DNA from: a virus
Virus record (IMG/VR): IMGVR_UViG_3300032309_002930
Location: 22,886 to 86,885 of that record
Length of the DNA stretch: 64,000 nucleotides
Direction: 5' to 3' (one strand)
In this document: positions 1 through 8,478 of the stretch, one piece after another
Numbering within the stretch: position 1 is the first letter of the stretch
How the letters are laid out: each line of letters opens with the position of its first letter
Made by a program: the position numbers and the translations under genes
Notes under the pieces: generated by a model
Told to the model about the DNA's origin: nothing
The model's input: only the letters and a program-made list of their open reading frames with translations
The model's database searches: none

Positions 1-12
1 ATGAGGATTGAT

Positions 13-342
13 TTATTTTCTATTTAAATGGTTTTGTATTATATCAAAATTACGATCTAATTTAGCTTCGATTCTATCAAAATAAACTTCAAAAGATTCT
101 TTAGTAACATATGTAGTACTTATTTTTAAGGCTAAATCTGCTATCTCTTGTTGATGTTTCCTTCCTTCTAATTCCATCTCTTTTCTTAAAGTAATAAAAT
201 CACTAAAGGTTTTATCATTAATTTCTTTCATAAGATTCTCTTGCTTATCAAAAAGAGAGAATACTCTAGTGAATAACCATCCTCCAAGAAAGGATAAAGC
301 TCCTAAAATAACATTAAATAGCATTGTAATATCTAAATTCAC
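13..342 (-). CDS. Small membrane protein (N-terminal TM helix + coiled coil), possible holin/lysis-associated
   Basis: Hydrophobic N-terminus LFNVILGALSFLGGWLF followed by a charged coiled coil; GTG start 8 nt downstream of a GTGTAA motif. Confidence 0.45.
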   Translation of the reverse strand: MNLDITMLFNVILGALSFLGGWLFTRVFSLFDKQENLMKEINDKTFSDFITLRKEMELEGRKHQQEIADLALKISTTYVTKESFEVYFDRIEAKLDRNFDIIQNHLNRK

Positions 343-371
343 ATAGATAATTACACATCAATTAATAGATA

Positions 372-1436
372 TTATAGCTTTAAATCTCCAAAATCTTTGT
401 CTTCTATGTCTGTTTTTCTTGCGCCAACTTTATAGCTAGAAATCTCAGTTTCTTGAGGAGCAACTTGTACTTTGCTACTATCTAGATAACTATCATGCCA
501 TCCACCAATAGGGTTATCTTTTTGGTTAAATATCTTCTTATAACCTAAGCTTCTTAGTCTGCTGTCACAAAGCCACTTAGAGTAACCGTCTAGAACCTCT
601 GCATTTAATCCAAGTAAACTACCATTACTAAAAAGATACTTAGACCATTCACTTTCATTCTTGGCGGCTTGCTCATAAAAAGCATAGATTTTATCTTCGC
701 TTTTCTTGACTATACTTGTAAAACCTTCCTTATCTTCATCTCTTAATATTTTGAGTAAATTTTGGCTTACTGCAAAATGAAGAGCTTCATCACGTTGAAT
801 GAATTTAATAATTTTAGAATTGCCTTCCATCTTACCGCGATATCCAAAATAGAAAGAACAAGCAAAAGAAACGTAAAATACAAGACCTTCCATTACGTTG
901 ATAGAAAGAATAGCATCAAAAATCTTTTGTTTAGGATCTTTCTTCTCGTCATCTCCAAGAATTTTATCAAAGTTATTTCTAATTAACTCTGCGCGACTTG
1001 TAATTTCTTTATCTTCCATAATACTATCAAAAAATTTAGTAGCATCTGGATATACATTATTCAAAAGATAAGAATAAGAATAACTATGAATGCCTTCAAA
1101 TTGAGCCCATGTATTCATACAAATCTCAAGTTCTGGATTACTTACGTAGTCTTTAAGAGAATGGATACTTCTGGAAAGCATACTATCGCCAAGAGTTTGA
1201 AATCTTAAATTACTATCAAAAACAAATCTTTCTGTTTCTGTTAGGTTATTATAATCACTACGATCTTTTCCTAAAGCTATTTCATGAGGCCACCAAAAAT
1301 TTTCATTTTGTTTTTTAAATAACTCAAAGAATATTGGGTACTTAAACCGATCATATCTTTGAAGATTAAGATCTTCGCCAAGAAATAATGGTTGTTTAGT
1401 AGTATCTATATTTTTGAAATTTAATACTGTTTTCAT
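372..1436 (-). CDS. nrdB: Ribonucleotide reductase class Ia beta subunit
   Basis: FWWPHEI, QTLGDS, FEGIHSYSY (E/H ligands + radical Tyr), MEGLVFYVSF, IQRDEALH, C-terminal VAPQETEISSY. Confidence 0.97.
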   Translation of the reverse strand: MKTVLNFKNIDTTKQPLFLGEDLNLQRYDRFKYPIFFELFKKQNENFWWPHEIALGKDRSDYNNLTETERFVFDSNLRFQTLGDSMLSRSIHSLKDYVSNPELEICMNTWAQFEGIHSYSYSYLLNNVYPDATKFFDSIMEDKEITSRAELIRNNFDKILGDDEKKDPKQKIFDAILSINVMEGLVFYVSFACSFYFGYRGKMEGNSKIIKFIQRDEALHFAVSQNLLKILRDEDKEGFTSIVKKSEDKIYAFYEQAAKNESEWSKYLFSNGSLLGLNAEVLDGYSKWLCDSRLRSLGYKKIFNQKDNPIGGWHDSYLDSSKVQVAPQETEISSYKVGARKTDIEDKDFGDLKL

Positions 1437-1439
1437 AGA

Positions 1440-3701
1440 TTATAGTTTACACGCACCACTTGAACAGTCTCTATCTTCTTTTTGGTCTAGTGATTGTTCT
1501 CTATCTCCATCGTCTGTGTTATTATAATAAAGACTAATTAATCCAAGACTATATGCATACATGATTTCTTTCATCACTTTAGCGTCTGGTAATATATTGT
1601 TTTCATAATGACTATAATTGTAGTATACGTTAGTTGATATAGCCATGTCAATATATTTTTGAATTATTGCATTGATTTTTAATAATCCACTATTATCTTT
1701 AAGATCATAAGCTAATTCATAATTATCATCATACTTACCAATTCCTGGAACCATTACTGGAAGTTTACCCATTTTACTAGTTTTATAAGTGATAAGACTA
1801 CGAATAGGTTCAACTCCATTTGTAGAGGATTGAATAACCGAACTACTTTCACAAGGCATACAGGAAGATAATGTCGAGTGTCTTAAACCATGTTCTTTAA
1901 TTTGTTTTCTTAGCTTTTCCCAATCAAGAGATAGTTTTCTTTTACATATTTCGTCTACTTTATCTTTATAAGTATCAATTGGTAATATGCCTTTAGAGTA
2001 TTTTGTATGATTGAATTTTTCGCACTTACCTTTTTCTTTGGCTAATTCTAGACTACTCTTTAAAAGGTAATATTGAAAGTATTCCATCCATTCATCAATT
2101 ACTGGTAATGACTTATCTGAACTATATTTTAATTCATTTTTAGCAAGAAAAGCTGCAAGATTAGTAATACCAATTCCAAGACTTCTACGTTTTTTAGCAA
2201 AATTTTCAGCAGCAATATTAAAGTAATCTTGAAGTTCAATGATTTCATCAAGAAATCTTACGATAAGATCGCAAGTCTTTTCAAGATCCTGCCAGTTTTT
2301 TATTTCTAGCATATTTACTGCCGAAAGAATACACATACCGATTTCGCCTTCTTTGTCATTGTAATCGTTTAATGGAATAGTTGGATGGATAACTTCTGTG
2401 CAAAGATTACTCATTGTGACTTTATCATACCAAGCTCCATGCTCATTAGCATGATCTACATTAAGAATATAAATACGACCAGTTTCAACTCTTTCTTTAA
2501 TTATCAAAGAGAATAATTTTCTAGCAGACACTTTCTTTTTTAGTTTTAATTTTTTAGATTCACATTCTTTATATACTTTATCAAAGTCTTTAGTTCCCCA
2601 AGCTTCGTAAAGCTCTGGAACTTCTGAATTATTGAATAATGTGATATCTTCATCTTTCAAAACTCTATCATAGAATAATTTACTCATACCAACAGTATAA
2701 TCAAGCTTACGAACTCGATTGTCATCTGTTCCAGCGTTATTCTTTAATACAACAATATCTTCAATTTCGTAATGCCACCATTGAATATTGCAAGTTGCGC
2801 TACCACCTCTTAAGCCATTTTGTTGCCAAGCTTTTACGCTACTTTCATAAATTTTTAAAAATGGAATTAAACCAGTATGAACAACTTCTCCATTCTTGAT
2901 TGGTGATCCAATAGCTCTAATCTTACTAACATCAATACCAATTCCACATCTATTAGCTGTAGCTATACTAACAGCAGTTGCACTAGCTGTAATACTTTCT
3001 CTTGTGTCATCTACGCCAATTAAACAACAACTAGCATAATTCCTACTAGAAGTTCTTACTCCAGCCATTACTGGCGTTGGTAAATTAATTTTATGCTTAC
3101 TAATAGCATCATAGAATTTTCTTACATAATTCAATCTTGAATCTAATGGATATTTTGCAAAAGCATAAGATGCAATTAATATATAAGCAAATTGTGGAGT
3201 TTCATAAATTTGACCAGTGGTTCTATTTTTAATTAAATATTTATCGCAAAGTTGTTTAATTCCAGCATAAGTAAAAGTAAAATCTCTTTCGTGATCAATG
3301 AACTCTCCGATCTTATTTATTTCGTCTTCGGAATAATTTTCTAAAATTGAACTATCGTATACTTTATTCTTTATGCCTTGATTTAAAAACTCTAATAGTC
3401 TTGGAGCATGTTTTCCTTTCCAAACGTCTTTTCTTAATTGATAATTTAAAAGTCTAGCAGCAACAAATTGATAATTTGGTTTTTCAGTTGAAATAAGATT
3501 AGCTGCACTTTCAATCAATAGGTTGTGTATCTCTTTGCTTGTGATACCATCATGTATGTTTATTTTTGCGTTTATCTCTATATCTGTTAGACTTACTCCA
3601 GTATAACCATCAATTGCCCAATTGATAACTTTATTTATTTTCTCTACATCAAATTTTTCTGTTGCACCATTTCTTTTTTTTATAATAACGTTCTTGCTCA
3701 T
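1440..3701 (-). CDS. nrdA: Ribonucleotide reductase class Ia alpha subunit with N-terminal ATP cone
   Basis: IKKRNG ATP cone, YETPQ, PTPVMAG, ASCCL, SNLCTE catalytic motif, C-terminal CSSGACKL; normal length, no intein. Confidence 0.98.
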   Translation of the reverse strand: MSKNVIIKKRNGATEKFDVEKINKVINWAIDGYTGVSLTDIEINAKINIHDGITSKEIHNLLIESAANLISTEKPNYQFVAARLLNYQLRKDVWKGKHAPRLLEFLNQGIKNKVYDSSILENYSEDEINKIGEFIDHERDFTFTYAGIKQLCDKYLIKNRTTGQIYETPQFAYILIASYAFAKYPLDSRLNYVRKFYDAISKHKINLPTPVMAGVRTSSRNYASCCLIGVDDTRESITASATAVSIATANRCGIGIDVSKIRAIGSPIKNGEVVHTGLIPFLKIYESSVKAWQQNGLRGGSATCNIQWWHYEIEDIVVLKNNAGTDDNRVRKLDYTVGMSKLFYDRVLKDEDITLFNNSEVPELYEAWGTKDFDKVYKECESKKLKLKKKVSARKLFSLIIKERVETGRIYILNVDHANEHGAWYDKVTMSNLCTEVIHPTIPLNDYNDKEGEIGMCILSAVNMLEIKNWQDLEKTCDLIVRFLDEIIELQDYFNIAAENFAKKRRSLGIGITNLAAFLAKNELKYSSDKSLPVIDEWMEYFQYYLLKSSLELAKEKGKCEKFNHTKYSKGILPIDTYKDKVDEICKRKLSLDWEKLRKQIKEHGLRHSTLSSCMPCESSSVIQSSTNGVEPIRSLITYKTSKMGKLPVMVPGIGKYDDNYELAYDLKDNSGLLKINAIIQKYIDMAISTNVYYNYSHYENNILPDAKVMKEIMYAYSLGLISLYYNNTDDGDREQSLDQKEDRDCSSGACKL

Positions 3702-3839
3702 ATTTTCTTTCTAGCGTAAAGAATAGTTTACAGTATTTTTAATTTTTATAAAAGAAAAATAACTATATTAATGTTAATAACTTCATATCTTAATAAACAA
3801 GTGTACTGATCTAATATCTTTTCCTAATAAATATTTCCC

Positions 3840-4120
3840 AATGAGCTCCTTCAAAGCAGAGCTTTCCCTGTGTTTTACCACAAGTTCGCTTGAGCCGTTA
3901 GTTCAATTTCCCAATTGAGTCCATAAGCCTTTCGGCTCCCTAACACTTATCGGATGTCGGTAGGATCATCCATCGCGTGTTAGCCCTTTCACCTACACTC
4001 CCAGAATTTCTTCTGGTTTCTCAGGTCGCAAGCTCTGTTAGCGTTGCCTGACGTTAAGAACTAATCTAACTCACCATTTTAAGGAGTATGGCAAACCTTT
4101 TCGCCTTTCAGCGAGATGTC
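3840..4120 (-). ncRNA. Large structured non-coding RNA candidate (family not recognised)
   Basis: ORF-free, ~46% GC by hand count versus ~18% in 3721-3840; GNRA-capped hairpins, three nested long-range helices with G-U pairs only on the - strand, possible pseudoknot; dedicated TTGACA-N17-TATTAT promoter. Confidence 0.8.
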
Positions 4121-4125
4121 GTATT

Positions 4126-4154
4126 ATAATACATCAATAAATATATTTTGTCAA
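4126..4154 (-). promoter_or_regulatory. Sigma70-type promoter driving the ncRNA candidate
   Basis: - strand TTGACA (4154-4149), 17 nt spacer, TATTAT (4131-4126); predicted start ~4120/4119. Confidence 0.8.
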
Positions 4155-4161
4155 ATAAAAT

Positions 4162-4842
4162 TTATTCAATCATTTTATAGTAATCATGATCAAAATGTGG
4201 ATTTAAATTTATTATTCCATTTTCTTTTATACAAAGTTTTTCAGCCCAATCATAGATTTCTTTATTAGTTCTATTTCCCATTCCAGAAACATGATAAGTA
4301 TTCATTCCCCATCTATATATCATAGTAGGATTTTTTAAAGATGTGAAGACTTTAGCATTATAATTACCAAAAGTTCTCATATCTTCAAGATAAGTTGTAT
4401 CATTGCATACAAGTTTTTTTAAATATTTTTGAGTATAAATAACACCAGTGTTATAATTTCCGCTAGCACCCTTAAACTTATTATCTACAAAATAGTAATG
4501 AGCACTACTTCGATATATATCATATCCAGGATTTTCTTTTATTGTTTCTTTTGATAAATTGACTGCATTACTAGCTAGCAAATCATCATCCTCCAACCTA
4601 TAAATATAATCATTCTTACATTCTGTATAACCATAGTGATATTTACTCTCAATAGAGGCAAATCTTTCTTTTAAATTTACAATTTTAATATTTGGATGAT
4701 TTAAAATATATTCTACATTTTTATTATCATTAATAATAACCATCTCATCAGAATCATTTAAATTTTTTTGATTTAAAAAAGAATATATAGCTTCTTCTAA
4801 TAGATGTTTCCTTTGATATGTTATAGTAAGAAAGGAAATCAT
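4162..4842 (-). CDS. GT-A/GT2-family glycosyltransferase
   Basis: ISFLTITYQR..LLEEAIYSFLNQ, IINDN, RLEDDD (DxD-like). Confidence 0.8.
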   Translation of the reverse strand: MISFLTITYQRKHLLEEAIYSFLNQKNLNDSDEMVIINDNKNVEYILNHPNIKIVNLKERFASIESKYHYGYTECKNDYIYRLEDDDLLASNAVNLSKETIKENPGYDIYRSSAHYYFVDNKFKGASGNYNTGVIYTQKYLKKLVCNDTTYLEDMRTFGNYNAKVFTSLKNPTMIYRWGMNTYHVSGMGNRTNKEIYDWAEKLCIKENGIINLNPHFDHDYYKMIE

Positions 4843-4850
4843 ACTATATT

Positions 4851-4878
4851 TTACACATATTTGTTGATTTTAGTGTAA
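4851..4878. promoter_or_regulatory. Divergent pair of GTGTAA putative late promoters
   Basis: TTACAC 4851-4856 and GTGTAA 4873-4878, each 8 nt from an ATG (4842 on -, 4887 on +). Confidence 0.7.
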
Positions 4879-4886
4879 TGCTATAT

Positions 4887-5681
4887 ATGCCAATACCTCA
4901 ACCAAACGACAATGAAAAACAAAACGATTATATGGGTCGTTGCATGCATTTTTTAAATAAAAAAGGCGAAACAAAAAGACCTCAAAATCAACAAGTTGCA
5001 ATTTGCCTTAATACTTTTAAAGGACCAAAAAAGAAAAGTAAAGCAGAAGTTGAGATTGATTTTTCCGAACAAATTAAAAATCTGAAAAAAGAAGAAATCA
5101 AAACAGAAGAAGCTCCAAAAGTTGAAGCTAAAGTTGAAGAACCAATAAATACTGCTGTAACTGCACCAGCACCAGAAGTTAAAGCAAAAGAAGTAAAAAT
5201 AGAAGAAGCATCAGCTTCTTGTGGTAAGCCAAATTGTGGTTCAGTTCAACAATTCGAAGAAATAAAAACCGAAGAAGTTAAAATTGATGAGACGAAAGCA
5301 GAAACTGATGGCAAGGGCGAATTGATTCAAACAACCCTTCTTCAAATGCAACATCAATATAAAATTCTTCATTGGCAAACTCAATCATTCTCACAGCATA
5401 AATCATTTGATGAAATCGTAAGTAGCTTAATGGAAAATACTGATGAATTTATTGAAACTTACATGGGTAAATATAGTAGAGTAATTGCAGCTGGAACTTT
5501 TAATATTACTTTAGCTAATTATAAAGATACAGATTTCATGGCTCTTACAGATAAATATATTGAATTTTTAATTGGCTTATCTAATATACTTGACGCTTCA
5601 AAAGATTCAGATCTATTAAATATTAGAGATGAAATTCTTGGTTCATTAAATCAATTAAAATATCTATTAACACTTCAATAA
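4887..5681 (+). CDS. Phage protein: N-terminal MPIP..RCM..AIC module, Glu/Lys-rich linker, C-terminal Dps/ferritin-like four-helix domain
   Basis: KILHWQTQSFSQHKSFDE...DEFIETYMGKY resembles the Dps/ferritin-like HW..H..D..E pattern; start moved from 4878 to 4887 based on promoter spacing. Confidence 0.6.
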   Translation: MPIPQPNDNEKQNDYMGRCMHFLNKKGETKRPQNQQVAICLNTFKGPKKKSKAEVEIDFSEQIKNLKKEEIKTEEAPKVEAKVEEPINTAVTAPAPEVKAKEVKIEEASASCGKPNCGSVQQFEEIKTEEVKIDETKAETDGKGELIQTTLLQMQHQYKILHWQTQSFSQHKSFDEIVSSLMENTDEFIETYMGKYSRVIAAGTFNITLANYKDTDFMALTDKYIEFLIGLSNILDASKDSDLLNIRDEILGSLNQLKYLLTLQ

Positions 5682-5682
5682 T

Positions 5683-5982
5683 ATGAGAAGAATCAAAGTC
5701 TTAGAATTTGACATTACTCAAACTGAAGCTTATCAAAAAAACTATAAGGGTAAAAAAAGAAGCCAATTAAAAGATAGTGATTTTCTTTTTCCAGAAAAAC
5801 GTTCATTTCCAATAGTATCTCCACAAGATGTAAGAGACGCAATTAATAATTACGGTCGCATGGGTGGAGGAATGAGTTATGACGCATTTATTAAAAAATT
5901 ATATCAAAAAGCTAAAAGTAAAGGCCCAGAGTTCGTATCTGCTATTCCAGAAAAAACAAGAAAAGAACATAATTTAAGTTAA
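5683..5982 (+). CDS. Small phage protein with DSDF.FP..R.FPI motif (DUF6582-like, often head-associated)
   Basis: KRSQLKDSDFLFPEKRSFPIVSPQDVRDA motif. Confidence 0.5.
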   Translation: MRRIKVLEFDITQTEAYQKNYKGKKRSQLKDSDFLFPEKRSFPIVSPQDVRDAINNYGRMGGGMSYDAFIKKLYQKAKSKGPEFVSAIPEKTRKEHNLS

Positions 5983-5989
5983 AATTATA

Positions 5990-6018
5990 TTGACTTTTTA
6001 TTTTAATTAAACTATCAT
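5990..6018 (+). promoter_or_regulatory. Sigma70-type promoter of the glycan cluster
   Basis: TTGACT-N17-TATCAT. Confidence 0.65.
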
Positions 6019-6033
6019 ATAAATAACATTTAT

Positions 6034-6921
6034 ATGAATAAGAAGTATATATTGCTTGATGATCAATCAATAGAGATTGGCGGAACCAATTTAACCACAT
6101 TGTCTATCCTAGAAGACAGAAGTAATGAAGTGTTCACGTTAACTCCGAGTTCATTATCATTATATGATATTAATGACAATAAAGATAAATTATGGATAAT
6201 TGGTAATATAATGACTCTTTTAAATAATCCAAATAAAAATATAATTTTTGAATTATTTGAAAATATTAATTTTGTTAAATTAGAATTTGATTACAATTTC
6301 TGTCAATACAGAGGAGAAATTCCACATCAAAAATTAGCATCACAACCTTGTACTTGTCCACATGGTTTAACTGGAAATAAAGCCCTCTCTGATATCTATA
6401 ATTTAATTACAACAAATGCCAAACATTCGTTCTTTATGTCAGAAAGACAAAGAGCTATATATGCTAATCATATGCCTTTATTGAATTTTTCTAAAACAAG
6501 CATTCTTTCATCTTGTTTTTCAAAGAAAAATCTAGAAAACTTTATTTCATTAAGAGCAAATCCAAAAAATGAAAAATTTGCAATCTTAGAAGGTTTTGGT
6601 GGTTGGCACAGTACAGCTAAGGGTCTGGAAGAAGCAAAAAACTTCTGTACAATCAATAATATAGAGTTTGATATTTTGCCAGTTCAAGCTTACGATAAGC
6701 ATATACAACTTTTATCTACTTATAAAGGATTAGTTTTCTTACCTATTATTGATGATACTTGCCCTAGATGTATTATTGAAGCTAGGCTTTTAGGATTAGA
6801 CGTTATAACAAACATACATTCACAACATGTAACTGAATGGTGGTGGAAAAAACCGCATTTAACTGAAGAGTATATAAAAGATAGACCTAAGCATTTTTGG
6901 AATATAATAGATTCTTTATAA
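6034..6921 (+). CDS. GT-B fold glycosyltransferase-like protein
   Basis: N-terminal GG motif; C-terminal KGL...FLP..DTCPRCIIEARLLGLDVIT matches the GT4 E-x7-E-type region. Confidence 0.65.
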   Translation: MNKKYILLDDQSIEIGGTNLTTLSILEDRSNEVFTLTPSSLSLYDINDNKDKLWIIGNIMTLLNNPNKNIIFELFENINFVKLEFDYNFCQYRGEIPHQKLASQPCTCPHGLTGNKALSDIYNLITTNAKHSFFMSERQRAIYANHMPLLNFSKTSILSSCFSKKNLENFISLRANPKNEKFAILEGFGGWHSTAKGLEEAKNFCTINNIEFDILPVQAYDKHIQLLSTYKGLVFLPIIDDTCPRCIIEARLLGLDVITNIHSQHVTEWWWKKPHLTEEYIKDRPKHFWNIIDSL

Positions 6922-6958
6922 AAGTAATAATTATATTAAGAATATAATTAGCAAATAT

Positions 6959-7675
6959 ATGAAATTAGGAATTTTATTACCCATCAAAAATTCTGCAGAT
7001 AGTATAGACGCATGTTTATCTAGTATACAAAATCAAACTAGTTTTTTAAATAATAATTTTGAATACGAAATAGTATTGATAGATAATAATTCCAAAGATA
7101 ATTTAAAAGAAAAAATACAGAAATATAAAAATATAAAGTATTTATCTTGTGATATTGATGGTATAGTTCCCACTTTAAATACTGGGTTATTTTATATATT
7201 AAATAATTCAAATATAAAATATATAGCTAGAATTGACGCAGATGATGAATGGCTTTCAAGTAAAATAGAAAAACAAATGACTTTTTTATTAAATAATAAG
7301 CATATACACATCTGTGGAACTCAAATGAATTTTATAAAAGCTAATGAAGATGTTAATCTACCATTTAAAATAACTCCATACCCAATTGATGATGCATCAA
7401 TAAAAACCTCCTTAATTAATGGAATGAATCCAATTGGTCATCCAAGTGTCATCTATAATAAAGAAATTTTTTTAAAATTTGGCGGATATGATGAAACATA
7501 TAAACATGCAGAAGATTTAGACTTATGGTTAAAATGTTTAAAATTTTTTAATTTTGCAAATATTAACGAACCACTAGTTAATTATAAATTTGGAAAAAAA
7601 TGGTATAACGAAATTCAAAACAAAAACTGCAAACTTTTAAATAAAAGAACTGGGGATTTATATTTTAGTATATGA
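6959..7675 (+). CDS. GT2 glycosyltransferase
   Basis: ILLPIKN, IDNNSKD, ARIDADD, HPSV, AEDLDLW. Confidence 0.9.
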   Translation: MKLGILLPIKNSADSIDACLSSIQNQTSFLNNNFEYEIVLIDNNSKDNLKEKIQKYKNIKYLSCDIDGIVPTLNTGLFYILNNSNIKYIARIDADDEWLSSKIEKQMTFLLNNKHIHICGTQMNFIKANEDVNLPFKITPYPIDDASIKTSLINGMNPIGHPSVIYNKEIFLKFGGYDETYKHAEDLDLWLKCLKFFNFANINEPLVNYKFGKKWYNEIQNKNCKLLNKRTGDLYFSI

Positions 7676-8457
7676 TTATTTCTAAAATTCAAGGAGGACT
7701 AGGAAATCAATTATTTCAATGGGCAATAGCAGAAAATTTAGCCAATTTAAGTAATACAAATTATTCATTCGATATATCTTTTTATTTAAATCAAAATCAT
7801 AGAAAGTTTGAACTTTATAAATTTAAAAATATTCCAATAAATATTAGTCAAGTTAAAGATATAAATATGTCAATGTTAAATATAATTAATGAATCTTCTA
7901 TCTCATTCAATGAAATATACTATAAAGATCCAACATATTTACATGGATATTGGCAAAATGAAATCTTTTTCAGAAAATCTAAAGATTTAATAAAATCAAA
8001 ATTAAAAATAGATAATAATTTAGATATTTATATTAAAAATAAATACCCTATACTTAACGAAAATACAGTATCAATGCACATAAGAAGAACTGATTATCTA
8101 TCTCTTTCGGACTATCATTATAATCAATCTTTAAATTATTATAATAATGCATATGATATTTTAAATGATAAAAATATAAACGTCATAGTATTCTCAGACG
8201 ATATCAACTGGTGCAAAGAAAATATGAAATTCAATAATATTCATTATATTGAGAACGAAGATAATATTGTTGATCTTTATATTATGTCAAAATGTAAAAA
8301 TAATATTATAGCAAATAGCACATTTAGTTGGTGGGCAGCATGGCTAAATGAAAATACAGAAAAAAAAGTTTTTGCTCCTAAAAACTGGTTTAGCCACAAA
8401 GGTCCAGAAAAAACAAATTTACTTTTAGATCAATGGATTATTATTGACAATAATTGA
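7672..8457 (+). CDS. GT11 alpha-1,2-fucosyltransferase-like
   Basis: GGLGNQLFQ, GYWQ, HIRRTDY, FSDD, IIANSTFSWWAAWL. Confidence 0.92.
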   Translation: MIISKIQGGLGNQLFQWAIAENLANLSNTNYSFDISFYLNQNHRKFELYKFKNIPINISQVKDINMSMLNIINESSISFNEIYYKDPTYLHGYWQNEIFFRKSKDLIKSKLKIDNNLDIYIKNKYPILNENTVSMHIRRTDYLSLSDYHYNQSLNYYNNAYDILNDKNINVIVFSDDINWCKENMKFNNIHYIENEDNIVDLYIMSKCKNNIIANSTFSWWAAWLNENTEKKVFAPKNWFSHKGPEKTNLLLDQWIIIDNN

Positions 8458-8472
8458 TTATTATAATATAAT
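8444..8472 (+). promoter_or_regulatory. Consensus sigma70 promoter, leaderless-type
   Basis: TTGACA-N17-TATAAT; ATG only 6 nt after the -10 box. Confidence 0.8.
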
Positions 8473-8478
8473 AACAAA

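Noticed and set aside
3892-3938. Group II intron domain V resemblance (GAGCCG...GGGA...AC..CGGCUC)
   Set aside because: The 5' arm has an extra ~11 nt that forms its own GAAA hairpin, the 3' arm pairs better long-range, and there is no GUGYG 5' end, domain VI or RT
3840-4120. Assignment of the structured RNA to tRNA, tmRNA, RNase P, cobalamin riboswitch or group I intron
   Set aside because: No cloverleaf/TTCG T-loop with CCA, no tmRNA ends or tag ORF, no GAGGAAAGUCC (RNase P P4), no B12 box, no group I P7 motifs, and it does not interrupt a gene
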